DNA from: Desulfovibrio sp.
GTDB lineage: Bacteria; Desulfobacterota; Desulfovibrionia; Desulfovibrionales; Desulfovibrionaceae
Reading direction: 5' to 3'
Assembly (NCBI RefSeq): GCF_034006445.1
Contig: NZ_JAVESS010000010.1
Span: 28,933-92,932, forward strand
Length of the DNA stretch: 64,000 nt
The notes under the pieces: generated by a model
Databases searched by the model: none
Seen by the model: the letters and a program-made list of their open reading frames with translations, nothing else
What the model was told of the DNA's origin: nothing
Shown: positions 1-9,920 of the stretch, in pieces
Numbering within the stretch: position 1 is the stretch's first letter
How the letters are laid out: each line of letters starts with the position of its first letter
Translations under genes and position numbers: made by a program

Positions 1-1
1 C

Positions 2-1546
2 GTGCCCTGGAGCCGCGTCGTGCCCGGCGAGCACACCTACTACAAGGGCGGCAAGCCTTTTCAGGCCACGGAAAAAAAGGAAAATGAGGGGCTTATCCAT
101 TCCCGCGCCTTTGGCGGCACCGCCAAGTGGCGTACCTGCTACACTTCGGACGGCACAGGCCATGCCGTGCTTTTCACCCTGGACAGCCGCCTGCTGCAAC
201 TGGGTGTGGATGTGCACGACCGCATGCAGGCCGAAGTGCTGGTGCACGATGGCCAGCGCTGCATGGGCTGCGTGGCCCGCGACCTGCGCACCGGTGAACT
301 GGTAGGGTACTTCGCCAAGGCAACGCTTATCGCCACCGGTGGATACGGCCGTATTTACCGGGCCACCACCAATGCCATCATCTGCGACGGCGGCGGCCAG
401 ATAGCGGCCCTTGAAACGGGCGTGGTGCCCCTGGGCAATATGGAGGCCGTGCAGTTTCACCCCACGGGCACGGTGCCCACGGACATTCTGGTCACAGAAG
501 GCTGCCGTGGCGACGGCGGAACCCTGCTGGACGTGAATGAATACCGCTTTATGCCGGATTATGAGCCGGACAAGGCCGAGCTTGCCTCGCGTGACGTGGT
601 GTCGCGCCGCATGACAGAGCATATGCGCAAGGGCTTTGGCGTGCCCAGTCCCTACGGCGAGCATCTCTGGCTGGACATCCGGCATCTGGGCGAAAAGCAC
701 ATCACCACAAACCTGCGCGAAGTGTATGACATCTCCACCCATTTCCTTGGCGTGAACCCCATACACCAGCTCATCCCCGTGCGGCCCACCCATCACTACA
801 GCATGGGCGGCGTGCGCATCAACAAGGATGGCCACGCCTACGGGCTTGAGGGGCTTTTCTCCGCCGGCGAGGCCGCCTGCTGGGATATGCACGGCTTCAA
901 CCGCCTGGGCGGCAACTCTCTTGCTGAAACCATCGTTTCCGGACGTATTGTGGGCAAAAAGCTGGTGGAATTCCTGCATGGCTACGAAACCGTGTTCTCC
1001 ACAGCCGAAATGAAGGCCGCCGCGCTCAAGGTCAAGGATCGCATCGCCGCGCTGCTGCGCGGCACGGGCGACGGCTGCTACACGCTGCGCAACGAGATGC
1101 AGGATGTCATGATGGAGCATGTCGGCATCTTCCGTAATGGCAAGGATCTGGAGGCAGGCGTCGTCAAGCTGCAAAACCTGCTGGAGCGCTGCAAAAACAT
1201 GCGCCTTGGCAGCGGCAACATCCCTGGCCCCAATGCGGAGCTTTCAATGGCCCTGCGGGTGCCCGGCATGCTCAAGCTGGCCCTGTGCACGGCCTACGGC
1301 GCGCTTATGCGCACTGAAAGCCGGGGCGCGCACGCGCGCGAGGACCACCCTGAACGCAACGACAAGGACTGGCTTGTGCGCACCCTGGCCTATTGGAACG
1401 AGGGCGACAGCCTCCCCACGCTCCGGTATGAGCCTGCCACGCCATTCTTCATTCTGCCTCCGGGCGACCGGGGCTATGGCGGCGGCAAGATCATCCAGGG
1501 CGACATCAGGGAAGACCAGATCGTTCCCTACCACGAGAAAGGTTAA
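2..1546 (+). CDS. frdA: Fumarate reductase flavoprotein subunit (5'-truncated by window edge)
   Basis: SdhA/FrdA motifs QFHPTG, HYSMGG, HGFNRLGGNSL, ESRGAH; directly upstream of an Fe-S subunit. Confidence 0.95.
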   Translation: MPWSRVVPGEHTYYKGGKPFQATEKKENEGLIHSRAFGGTAKWRTCYTSDGTGHAVLFTLDSRLLQLGVDVHDRMQAEVLVHDGQRCMGCVARDLRTGELVGYFAKATLIATGGYGRIYRATTNAIICDGGGQIAALETGVVPLGNMEAVQFHPTGTVPTDILVTEGCRGDGGTLLDVNEYRFMPDYEPDKAELASRDVVSRRMTEHMRKGFGVPSPYGEHLWLDIRHLGEKHITTNLREVYDISTHFLGVNPIHQLIPVRPTHHYSMGGVRINKDGHAYGLEGLFSAGEAACWDMHGFNRLGGNSLAETIVSGRIVGKKLVEFLHGYETVFSTAEMKAAALKVKDRIAALLRGTGDGCYTLRNEMQDVMMEHVGIFRNGKDLEAGVVKLQNLLERCKNMRLGSGNIPGPNAELSMALRVPGMLKLALCTAYGALMRTESRGAHAREDHPERNDKDWLVRTLAYWNEGDSLPTLRYEPATPFFILPPGDRGYGGGKIIQGDIREDQIVPYHEKG

Positions 1547-1560
1547 GGGAGGCAAGCTCA

Positions 1561-2352
1561 ATGGGACGCAATCTTACGTTCGAGATATTCCGCTATAATC
1601 CGCTGGATGCCGGGTCCTACCCGCACATGCAGAAATTCCAGCTTGAAGAGCATCCAAGCATGACGCTCTTTATCGCGCTGAATCTCATCCGCGAAAAGCA
1701 GGACCCCTCCTTGCAGTTTGATTTCTGCTGCCGCGCAGGCATCTGCGGCTCCTGCGGCATGGTGATCAACGGGCGGCCCGGCCTGGCCTGCCACACGCAA
1801 ACCTGTGACCTGCCGGACCACATAACCCTGCACCCCCTGCCAGTCTTCAAACTGCTGGGCGATCTCTCCGTGGATACGGGCACGTGGTTTCGCAATGTGG
1901 GCCAGAAGATCGAATCGTGGATACACACCAGCAAGGCCTTTGATCCGGCGGCGCAGGAAGAACGCATGGACAATGAGCTCGCCACCCAGATATTCGAACT
2001 GGACAGGTGCATCGAGTGCGGCTGCTGCGTGGCGGCCTGCGGCACGGCCCGCATGCGTGAAGACTTCATCGGGGCCACGGCCATCAACCGCATGGCGCGC
2101 TTCTATATTGATCCGAGAGACAACCGCACCCCGGCCGATTACTACGACCTCATCGGCGACGATACAGGGGTCTTCGGCTGCATGGGCCTGCTGGCCTGCG
2201 ACAGCGTGTGCCCCAAGCAACTGCCCCTGCACGACCAGTTGGGCATCATGCGGCGTATGGTGAGCATGGAATCCGTGAGGGGCATCCTGCCGGATTTCCT
2301 GCGTAAAAAAATGCAGGGCTGCGGCCATACGCATTGCAGCGGCAAGGACTAG
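1561..2352 (+). CDS. frdB: Fumarate reductase iron-sulfur subunit
   Basis: CCRAGICGSC, CIECGCCVAAC, CMGLLACDSVCP cluster motifs; RBS GGAGG. Confidence 0.95.
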   Translation: MGRNLTFEIFRYNPLDAGSYPHMQKFQLEEHPSMTLFIALNLIREKQDPSLQFDFCCRAGICGSCGMVINGRPGLACHTQTCDLPDHITLHPLPVFKLLGDLSVDTGTWFRNVGQKIESWIHTSKAFDPAAQEERMDNELATQIFELDRCIECGCCVAACGTARMREDFIGATAINRMARFYIDPRDNRTPADYYDLIGDDTGVFGCMGLLACDSVCPKQLPLHDQLGIMRRMVSMESVRGILPDFLRKKMQGCGHTHCSGKD

Positions 2353-2411
2353 GGCACGTTTACCTTGAAACGGCTCTGGCACCCGCGTGAGCGGTGCCCG
2401 CCGGGCAGGCA

Positions 2412-2568
2412 TGGGGAAACGCTGATTTATTTTGTTTAGCGGTGTTGCTTCACTTTTTTTGAAACAGTCGAGGACGGAAGAGTCCACTCCTGCTTCAAAA
2501 AAAGAGCGCGCCTTGCCAAACGAAATACCAGCGCGTTTCCAGGAAGCTCTTTAATCAATGCTTCCATA
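2412..2568. mobile_element. MITE-like element, family A copy 1 (157 bp)
   Basis: Near-identical to 6621-6775 (core GAGGACGGAAGAGTCCACTCCTGCTTCAAAAAA); imperfect terminal inverted repeats TGGGGAAACGCTGATT...AATCAATGCTTCCATA. Confidence 0.8.
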
Positions 2569-2721
2569 AGCACAGCCTGCACACTGTTACTGCCGTAACG
2601 GCCGTGCCGTACCCTTTGGGAGTGCATCCTAAAGGTGACCTGTTCTCACTGCGCGCCAACAGGAACGAATGGGCCTGTTGGCGCAACTACACAGAATGTC
2701 AGAAGATGCTAGGAGTAATTC

Positions 2722-3975
2722 ATGTCCCGTATAAAGAATCTGCGTGAAGATGCGCTGGCCATGCACAAGAATTTTCAGGGCAAGATTGAAGTGCGCGTAA
2801 AGGTTCCCGTTCGTGATGCCGATGATCTCACTCTTGCGTATTCGCCCGGCGTGGCGGAACCCTGCATGGAAATCAACCGTAATCCTGAAATGCTGGACGT
2901 GTACACCAACCACGGCAATTTTGTCTGCGTGGTGTCCAACGGCACAGCGGTGTTGGGCCTGGGCGACATTGGCCCCGGCGCCGCCATGCCGGTGATGGAA
3001 GGTAAAAGTCTGCTGTTCAAGACCTTTGGCGATGTGGATGCTTTTCCCATCTGCGTTGACACCAAGGACACAGCCAAGATCGTCGAGCTTGTGGAACTGA
3101 TGGCCCCCACCTTTGGCGGCGTGAACCTTGAAGACATCAAAGCACCGCAATGCTTTATCATTGAGGATGCCCTCAAGAAAAACGGCGTTTTCAAGGGCCC
3201 CATCTTCCACGACGACCAGCACGGCACCGCCGTGGTTACTCTGGCCGGGCTTATCAATGCTCTCAAGGTCGTCAACAAGAAGCTGGAAGACGTTACTGTG
3301 GTCACCAGCGGCGCGGGTGCGGCCGGTATTGCCATCATCAAACTGCTCATGGCCATGGGCCTCAAGAACGTCATCATGTGCGACACGCGCGGGGCCATCT
3401 ACGAAGGCCGCGCCGAAGGCATGAATCCGTATAAGGAAGAAATAGCCCGGCGCACCAATCCGCAGAAGGTCAAGGGCGGTCTGGCCGAGGCTATCAAGGG
3501 GGCGGACGTGTTTATCGGCGTTTCCGCACCCAACACCCTTACTGAAGACATGATCCGCAGCATGGCCAAGGACCCCATAGTCTTTGCCCAGGCCAACCCC
3601 ATCCCCGAAATCTGGCCTATCCAGCGCGCGCTGGACGCCGGTGCGCGGGTGGTGTCCACGGGGCGTTCGGACTGCCCCAACCAGATTAACAATGTGCTGG
3701 CCTTTCCCGGCATCTTCCGTGGCGCTCTGGACGTGGCCGCCACGGACATCAATGACGCCATGAAGATAGCCGCAGCCTACGCCATTGCAGAACTGGTCAC
3801 GGCTGACGAACTGCGGCCCGACTATATCATACCTTCAACCCTTAATCCCGATGTGGCCCCGGCCGTGGCTGCCGCCACTGCCCGCGCCGCCATAGAAAGC
3901 GGCATTGCCCGCAACCCTGTGGATCCGGCCATTGTGGGGAAAAACCTCAAGAACAGACTTGCTAACCGCAAGTAA
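2722..3975 (+). CDS. NAD(P)-dependent malic enzyme
   Basis: AYSPGVA, NGTAVLGLGDIG, NLEDIKAP, FHDDQHGT, PNQINNVLAFPGIFRG motifs; RBS AGGAG. Confidence 0.93.
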   Translation: MSRIKNLREDALAMHKNFQGKIEVRVKVPVRDADDLTLAYSPGVAEPCMEINRNPEMLDVYTNHGNFVCVVSNGTAVLGLGDIGPGAAMPVMEGKSLLFKTFGDVDAFPICVDTKDTAKIVELVELMAPTFGGVNLEDIKAPQCFIIEDALKKNGVFKGPIFHDDQHGTAVVTLAGLINALKVVNKKLEDVTVVTSGAGAAGIAIIKLLMAMGLKNVIMCDTRGAIYEGRAEGMNPYKEEIARRTNPQKVKGGLAEAIKGADVFIGVSAPNTLTEDMIRSMAKDPIVFAQANPIPEIWPIQRALDAGARVVSTGRSDCPNQINNVLAFPGIFRGALDVAATDINDAMKIAAAYAIAELVTADELRPDYIIPSTLNPDVAPAVAAATARAAIESGIARNPVDPAIVGKNLKNRLANRK

Positions 3976-4014
3976 AACCTTCAGGCGTGTAACAGGCGAA
4001 TAACGTTGTATCTT

Positions 4015-4048
4015 CTTCAGCCGCTGCCCCTGTGGGCAGCGGCTGAAG
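4015..4048 (+). terminator. Stem-loop after malic enzyme gene
   Basis: Perfect 15-bp stem CTTCAGCCGCTGCCC-ctgt-GGGCAGCGGCTGAAG; weak U-tract. Confidence 0.55.
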
Positions 4049-4562
4049 CCGTCTTTGCCCTTGGCGCAGTTCACTGTTTATCCCCATATCTCCTCGGTTT
4101 CTGGGAGGCCCCGCCATCAGCCCCGCCATATTTTGTCGGGGCTGATCTGTTTTCGGGAACAGGGCGTTTTTGCTGGCAAGCCTGCCGTGGCGGCGACTGG
4201 TTGCGGTTGCCCGGTTTCGGCGGCCCGGTTGTGGCCGGGCATGCCTTTGCGCACGGGCATATCACGGGCGCGCTGGGAAGACTGCAGGAGATCCTGCTGG
4301 TACTATTACGCTCCCTGTGAAAACTCTGGTATCTCACGTCTGTGTACTGATAAATGCATAGTTAATGACTATGTTTTTATCGGAAATTTCTTATGTTCAC
4401 GTTTTTAAAAATACCGATACCAAGTTGCGCATTGTACTCTCCATCTGTACTCAAGTACTACCAAAAATTTTATTTGATTGGAGATGTTCTGTTGAAGCGC
4501 ACTGTACACTGCCTGGGTGCTTACAGTGTTATATTTCTGTTATCTCAATAACCGGAGGGCAT

Positions 4563-6623
4563 ATGAAATGTAGGCGCGTGGTATCCCTGCTCGCTATTCT
4601 GCTGTTGCAGGCAAGTGGAGCATGGGCACAGGAGGAGGGGGCAACAGAGGTTTTGTTGACGCCACTTGAGATGACAGAGCCAAAAAACACCATTGACCAT
4701 ATCACCCAGACAGATATGGAAAGAAAGACGGCCACAAATCTGTGGGAAGCACTCAGGGGAGTGCAGGGCGTATATCTTCAGACAACAGGGGCCCGCAATG
4801 AGGGTACCATTGGTATACGTGGCTCAAACCGGTATCAGGTCGGCATGTATATTGACGATATTCCCATTGCCACTGCGTACCGCAATGAATGGGATTACAA
4901 TAATACCCTGACCTATGGCCTTGAGTCTGTAGACATCTCAAAAGGGTACAGTTCGCCCCTGCTTGCAAGCAACAACAACCTGGCTGGCGTGGTAAACCTG
5001 CGCACTGCAAAACCCAAAAAAGAATTTGAATTTTCAGCGAAATACATGAATTTTTTTGATCGCAGAATGCATGATCAGGGCCGCATGGCTGCCACCAGCA
5101 TAGGCACGCGGCAGGAGCTCTACTACCTGAAAGGCACCTTTGTGTATGACAACCAGGATTTTTTCACCCTGCCCGAAGGGTTTGACGCCGCACCCTACCA
5201 GGGCACGGGACGTCGCAAAAACTCCGACCACAGAAATCTGAGCGCCAACATCATTGGCGGCTGGACCCCCAGTGATGATGTGGACATCATGGTGGGCTAC
5301 ATGCGGCAAAGCTCCAGAAAAGGCCAACCCTTTGACGCAGCCGAGCTCCGTAAGGGGTCGGATCTTCCCTTTAAACGCTCGTGGTACTGGCCGGAATATG
5401 AAACCAGCCGTCTGTACACCAACGCCAATTTTAATCTGAGCAGGCAGGCCCACCTCAAGGCCGTGGTGTACTACGACTCGCATCAGGACAAGTCCGAAAG
5501 CTATACCGACATAGCCATGACCAAAAGGGACGGCGCTGATAAAAAGTATGATCAGTACACGCTCGGCGGGCAGTTGACTTTTGACTATGCCTTCAACGCG
5601 GCCAACAAGCTGGCGCTCTCTGCTGGCTACCGCATCCTTTCGCATAAAGAGTATAATGATTACGCTGTATTTGATGACACCGGACTGCCCGCCAAGCAAA
5701 AAAAGAAAAAGGCCGACGTCGGCGAGCAGCTGGATGAGCGCATTTCGGAAGGGTACTGGGATCTTGGCGCGGAATATACCCTCAAGCCCATTGAGCGCCT
5801 GACGCTTGTTTTTGGCACGAGCCTCAGCACCTTGACCCCCATGACGCTTGAAAGCCGTGACCATACTACAGATGCCATGAATTCTTATAAAAAAGGGCTG
5901 GACGATACCAAGACCCTGTTCAACTACCAGGTGGGCGCGTTCTACGACCTTACCGAAAAGCATGAAATTTTTGCCACCTTTGCCAAAAAATCCCGGTTCG
6001 CCACCATGCGCGAACGGTTCCTGAGAATTGGCGACGCTCCTGCCAATCCCGATTTGAACCCCGAACACGCTTATCATTACGAGCTTGGCTACAAGGGCCT
6101 TGTCAGCGACTGGCTCAAGCTCAACACCAGCGTGTACTACAGCGACGTCAGCGACATGATCACGTCCAAGGGGGTCAAGCCGAACATAACTTTTGAAAAC
6201 CTCGGCAGGGCCACATTCTATGGCTTTGAGGCAGGGGCTGAGGCTGTTGTCAATCAGTACTTCAGCGCGGGCGCTGTGTTCAACTACATGCGTTGGAATA
6301 ACTGCTCCAATGATGATAAGATTGCCCAATTGCCTGAAATAACAAGCACTCTTTATGGCGTGATCACTCCTCTGGAAGGGTTATCCATCATTCCCCAGCT
6401 CAACATCAGCAGCGGCTTTTACTGGAATACCTCCGCTGCTGACGTCCCGTACAGAAAGTCTCCCAACTTTGCCACTGCGGATATCAAAGCGGTGTATGAC
6501 ATCAACAAGAACTTCTCGGTGGAAGCTGGCGTGAAAAACCTGTTTGACCAGGAATATGCGTACAGCGCCTATTATCCGGAACCGGGCCGGAGCTATTTTG
6601 TGGGCGTGAGCGCCAATTTCTAG
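4563..6623 (+). CDS. TonB-dependent outer-membrane receptor 1
   Basis: Start moved to ATG 4563 (RBS GGAGGG, then signal peptide ending AWA-QE); plug motifs (IGIRG, VDISKG, GVVNL); C-terminal NLFD...YPEPGRSYFVGVSANF with terminal Phe. Confidence 0.9.
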   Translation: MKCRRVVSLLAILLLQASGAWAQEEGATEVLLTPLEMTEPKNTIDHITQTDMERKTATNLWEALRGVQGVYLQTTGARNEGTIGIRGSNRYQVGMYIDDIPIATAYRNEWDYNNTLTYGLESVDISKGYSSPLLASNNNLAGVVNLRTAKPKKEFEFSAKYMNFFDRRMHDQGRMAATSIGTRQELYYLKGTFVYDNQDFFTLPEGFDAAPYQGTGRRKNSDHRNLSANIIGGWTPSDDVDIMVGYMRQSSRKGQPFDAAELRKGSDLPFKRSWYWPEYETSRLYTNANFNLSRQAHLKAVVYYDSHQDKSESYTDIAMTKRDGADKKYDQYTLGGQLTFDYAFNAANKLALSAGYRILSHKEYNDYAVFDDTGLPAKQKKKKADVGEQLDERISEGYWDLGAEYTLKPIERLTLVFGTSLSTLTPMTLESRDHTTDAMNSYKKGLDDTKTLFNYQVGAFYDLTEKHEIFATFAKKSRFATMRERFLRIGDAPANPDLNPEHAYHYELGYKGLVSDWLKLNTSVYYSDVSDMITSKGVKPNITFENLGRATFYGFEAGAEAVVNQYFSAGAVFNYMRWNNCSNDDKIAQLPEITSTLYGVITPLEGLSIIPQLNISSGFYWNTSAADVPYRKSPNFATADIKAVYDINKNFSVEAGVKNLFDQEYAYSAYYPEPGRSYFVGVSANF

Positions 6624-6775
6624 GGAAACGCTGATTTATTCCATTTGGCGGACTTGCTTCACTTTTTTGAAACAATCGAGGACGGAAGAGTCCACTCCTG
6701 CTTCAAAAAAGATCGCGCCTTGCCAAAGGAAATACCAGCGCGTTTCCAGGAGGCTCTTTAATCAGTGCTCCCCTA
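6621..6775. mobile_element. MITE-like element, family A copy 2 (155 bp)
   Basis: TAGGGAAACGCTGATT...AATCAGTGCTCCCCTA; begins in the TAG stop codon of the receptor gene; last TA shared with the next element. Confidence 0.8.
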
Positions 6776-6901
6776 GAGCATTTAACACTTGAAATGCTCG
6801 CGTACGGCAGGCAAAAGCCCGCCTGCTCGCATTTCGTGGCAAGGATTTTTCAGAAAAATCCTTGCAGAGCATTTAACTCATTTCATTCGTAAACTGCTCT
6901 A
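6774..6901. mobile_element. MITE/ERIC-like element, family B copy 1 (128 bp)
   Basis: TAGAGCA...TGCTCTA termini; near-identical to 24388-24515 (inverted) and 32945-33071. Confidence 0.88.
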
Positions 6902-6941
6902 GCGCTGATTCAGATATGCTTGACGTACTGTGAACACTGCC

Positions 6942-6976
6942 GCTTCAGCCGTTGCCATGCGTGTAACGGCTGAAGC
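6942..6976 (+). other. Intergenic stem-loop between receptor and ABC genes
   Basis: GCTTCAGCCGTT-N11-AACGGCTGAAGC; shares the CTTCAGCCG stem with the hairpin at 4015. Confidence 0.5.
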
Positions 6977-7106
6977 GCATCCTGCGTTCATAGAGGTAGC
7001 CGTACCGTGAGCACAACGTCGACGTAACATCGGCGCAACGTAGGGCGCAAAGCGCCGGTCTGGCTCTCCCTTTGCCAGAAGACGGCCGGAGCGACATGCC
7101 GAAAGG

Positions 7107-8171
7107 ATGGTGACTGTGCAGATTCGATTACTTGCCTCAGGGCTGCTTGTGCTGTTTGTCATGCTTGCCATGCCTGTCATGCCGTGTCGCGCCGGAGCGG
7201 CGGCGAGTCCTGCTGCCGTGACTGAGAGTGGGCCAGAGGCAAAGGATGCGCGCAGCGTCTATTGCGCCACCCCGCCTTCCACATTCACGCTGTACGCCTT
7301 TGCGCCGGAACTGCTGGCTGGCTGGAATACGCCCCTCAGGGATTATGAAAAAAAATTCATTCCCGCCCGGTACCACAATCTGCCGGTGCTGGGCGGCTGG
7401 TACGGCCAGGGCTTCATACCCGACAGGGAAATGCTGCTGGCCAGCGGCATCAAAAAAGCCTTTTACCTGTCCATGGGCCCGCACGACCGCCTGCCCATTG
7501 AAAAGACCCTGACCAGCCTTGGCATGCAGGTAACCAGCGTGCCCGGCGCGAGCATGGCGGACATGGCCACCTGTTTTCTGGATATGGGCCGGGCCTTTGG
7601 CCGTGAGGAGCGTGGGGCGGCATTGGCCACCTATGCAGAGCAGACGCTTGAAAAAGTGTCCCACGCCATGCGGGATCTGCCCAGTGAAAAATGGACAAGG
7701 GTTTATGTGGCCCTTGAGGCTGACGGTCTGGCCTCCGTCTGCCGCAAGTCACAGCGAGCAGAGGTATTTGCCGCCGCCGGGGCCCTGAGCGTGCACGACT
7801 GTCCGCCCGGAACGGAAGAATCCTTTTTGCGCGTGACCTTTGAGCAACTGATGGCCTATGACCCTGAAGTCATACTGGTTTTCCATCCGGCGCTCATGCG
7901 CCGCATCCCCACAGACCCCAAATGGTCGTCCCTGCCCGCCGTGCGCCAGGGCAAGGTGTACTTTATCCCGCGCGGGCCGTTCAGCTGGCTGGAGCGTCCC
8001 GCCACCTACATGCGCCTGCTGGGCGTGCAGTGGCTGGCAAACAAACTGCACCCCGACCTCTACCCCGTGGACATCGCGGCGGAGAGCAGACATTTTATGA
8101 AACTTTTTTTCAACCTGGAGCTTGATGACGCCCAGGTGAACGATTTTTTTGATCCCTATGGCACATTCTAA
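7107..8171 (+). CDS. Periplasmic substrate-binding protein (Fe-siderophore/B12/metal class III)
   Basis: Signal peptide; LPVLGGW and C-terminal VYFIPRGPFSWLERP...LGVQWLANKLHPDLY pattern; precedes FecCD permease. Confidence 0.85.
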   Translation: MVTVQIRLLASGLLVLFVMLAMPVMPCRAGAAASPAAVTESGPEAKDARSVYCATPPSTFTLYAFAPELLAGWNTPLRDYEKKFIPARYHNLPVLGGWYGQGFIPDREMLLASGIKKAFYLSMGPHDRLPIEKTLTSLGMQVTSVPGASMADMATCFLDMGRAFGREERGAALATYAEQTLEKVSHAMRDLPSEKWTRVYVALEADGLASVCRKSQRAEVFAAAGALSVHDCPPGTEESFLRVTFEQLMAYDPEVILVFHPALMRRIPTDPKWSSLPAVRQGKVYFIPRGPFSWLERPATYMRLLGVQWLANKLHPDLYPVDIAAESRHFMKLFFNLELDDAQVNDFFDPYGTF

Positions 8172-9165
8172 AAAAACCCTGCTCATACTGAGCCTGCTTT
8201 TGCTGGCGGCCATCGTGTTTGCCCTGCCCATGGGCCGTTACCCGTTGGCCCTGGGCGATCTGTGCCGCAGCCTGCTGGACGCGTGGGCAGGGCGGCCCCT
8301 GAATGAAGAGCAGAGCCGCCAGCTTTTTTTGTTCTTTGACCTGCGGCTGCCGCGCATTGGCGCGGCCCTGGTGGTGGGAGCCTGTCTTTCCGCTTCGGGT
8401 ACGGTGTACCAGAACATGTTTCAAAATCCCCTCGTATCGCCGGGCATACTGGGCGTGCAGCACGGAGCCGCTTTTGGCGCGGCCATTGGTATAGTGTTTT
8501 TTTCTTCCTGGCCGCTCACGCAGGCTTTTTCCTTTACTGGCGGCGCGCTGGGCGTGGGGCTTTCGCTCTTTTTCGCCTGGCTTTATCCCAGAGCGCGCTT
8601 TCTGGCCCTTGTGGTGGGCGGCCTTGTGAGCAGTTCGTTTTTTGTGGCCCTGACGTCGCTTGTGCAGTATGTGGCCGACCCCAACCGCCAGCTGCCGGAA
8701 CTTGTGTACTGGCTTATGGGCACGCTGGCCCGCACGGAACCGCGCCAACTGGCCTGGAGCACCCCCCTCATGCTGGCCGGGCTGGCCTATATCTGCCTCA
8801 ATGGCAAGGCGGTGAACGCGCTTGCCATGGGGGATGACGAGGCCCGCGCCCTGGGCGTGCAGAGTATGGGCATGAAGCTGCGCCTTATCGGCGCGGCCAC
8901 CCTGATCTGTTCGCTTACCGTGGTGCTGGCCGGGGTCATCAACTGGGTGGGGCTGGTCATCCCGCATGTCATGCGTTTCATAATCGGGCCGGACAACAGG
9001 GTGGGCCTCACAGCGTCAGCCCTTGGCGGAGCGCTTTTTGTGCTGCTCACAGACACGCTCATACGTTCTGTCTGGACAGTGGAACTGCCGCTGGGCATTG
9101 CCACATCGCTCATCAGCATGCCGCTTTTTGCCTTCAGCCTGTGGTACGACTGGAAACGGCGATGA
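8158..9165 (+). CDS. FecCD/BtuC-family ABC permease
   Basis: LRLPRI, FQNPLVSPGILGV, G.INWVGLVIPH, ELPLG motifs; multiple TM helices. Confidence 0.92.
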   Translation: MAHSKKTLLILSLLLLAAIVFALPMGRYPLALGDLCRSLLDAWAGRPLNEEQSRQLFLFFDLRLPRIGAALVVGACLSASGTVYQNMFQNPLVSPGILGVQHGAAFGAAIGIVFFSSWPLTQAFSFTGGALGVGLSLFFAWLYPRARFLALVVGGLVSSSFFVALTSLVQYVADPNRQLPELVYWLMGTLARTEPRQLAWSTPLMLAGLAYICLNGKAVNALAMGDDEARALGVQSMGMKLRLIGAATLICSLTVVLAGVINWVGLVIPHVMRFIIGPDNRVGLTASALGGALFVLLTDTLIRSVWTVELPLGIATSLISMPLFAFSLWYDWKRR

Positions 9166-9920
9166 TAGAAATTCATAATCTTACCGTCAGCTATCACAGC
9201 GCCCCTCCGGTGCTGAAAAATATTTCCCTGCGCGTGGACAGGGGCGAGGTGGTCAATGTGCTTGGCCCCAACGGCTGCGGCAAAACGACGCTGCTCCGGG
9301 CGCTTCTTGGTCTTTTGCCCTCTCCGCCCGGCAGTATCTTGCTGGACGGCCGCCCTCTGGAAACAATCCCGCGGCGCAGTCTGGCCCGCAGCCTTGCCTA
9401 TGTGCCGCAACAGCATACCGGGGTTTTTGGCTTTCAGGTGCTGGATGTGGTGCTCATGGGCCGCACCGTGCGCAGTCCCTGGTTGCGTTTTTCCGCCGAG
9501 GATCGGCAACAGGCCATGGCCGCGCTGGAAAAAGTGCGCCTGACCCATCTGGCGCACAGGTCGTATCTGGAGCTTTCTGGCGGGCAACGCCAGATGGTGC
9601 TGATTGCGCGCGCCCTGGCTCAGGACTGCGGGGCACTTGTGATGGATGAACCTGTCACGGGACTGGATTATGGCAATCAGTTTCATCTGCTTGACCTTAT
9701 TGGCGAACTGGCCGCATCTGGGCCAGCCATCTTGCTCACCACGCACCATCCGGAGCAGGCCGTCTACCTTGGCGGGCGGGCCGTGCTGTTGAAAGACGGC
9801 ATCCTGGTGGCGGATGGCGCTGTGGCATCGACCATTACCGAAGATCAGGTGCGCAAGTTGTATGAACTGCCGCCCAGGGCTGAAGCGTGGATGCGCCTGA
9901 CCGGGACCAGTGCGCCATGA
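9162..9920 (+). CDS. ABC transporter ATP-binding protein (FepC/BtuD-like)
   Basis: Walker A GPNGCGKT, LSGGQRQ, Walker B LVMDEP; ATGA overlap with permease stop. Confidence 0.93.
   Translation: MIEIHNLTVSYHSAPPVLKNISLRVDRGEVVNVLGPNGCGKTTLLRALLGLLPSPPGSILLDGRPLETIPRRSLARSLAYVPQQHTGVFGFQVLDVVLMGRTVRSPWLRFSAEDRQQAMAALEKVRLTHLAHRSYLELSGGQRQMVLIARALAQDCGALVMDEPVTGLDYGNQFHLLDLIGELAASGPAILLTTHHPEQAVYLGGRAVLLKDGILVADGAVASTITEDQVRKLYELPPRAEAWMRLTGTSAP

Noticed and set aside
4150-4300. Cobalamin riboswitch upstream of receptor 1 (GGGAAG...CAGGAGATCCTGC resembles the B12 box)
   Set aside because: The GGTG-AA-CC and CCCGCAACTGT core elements are missing, and promoter-like AT-rich DNA lies downstream of it; an Infernal search would settle it
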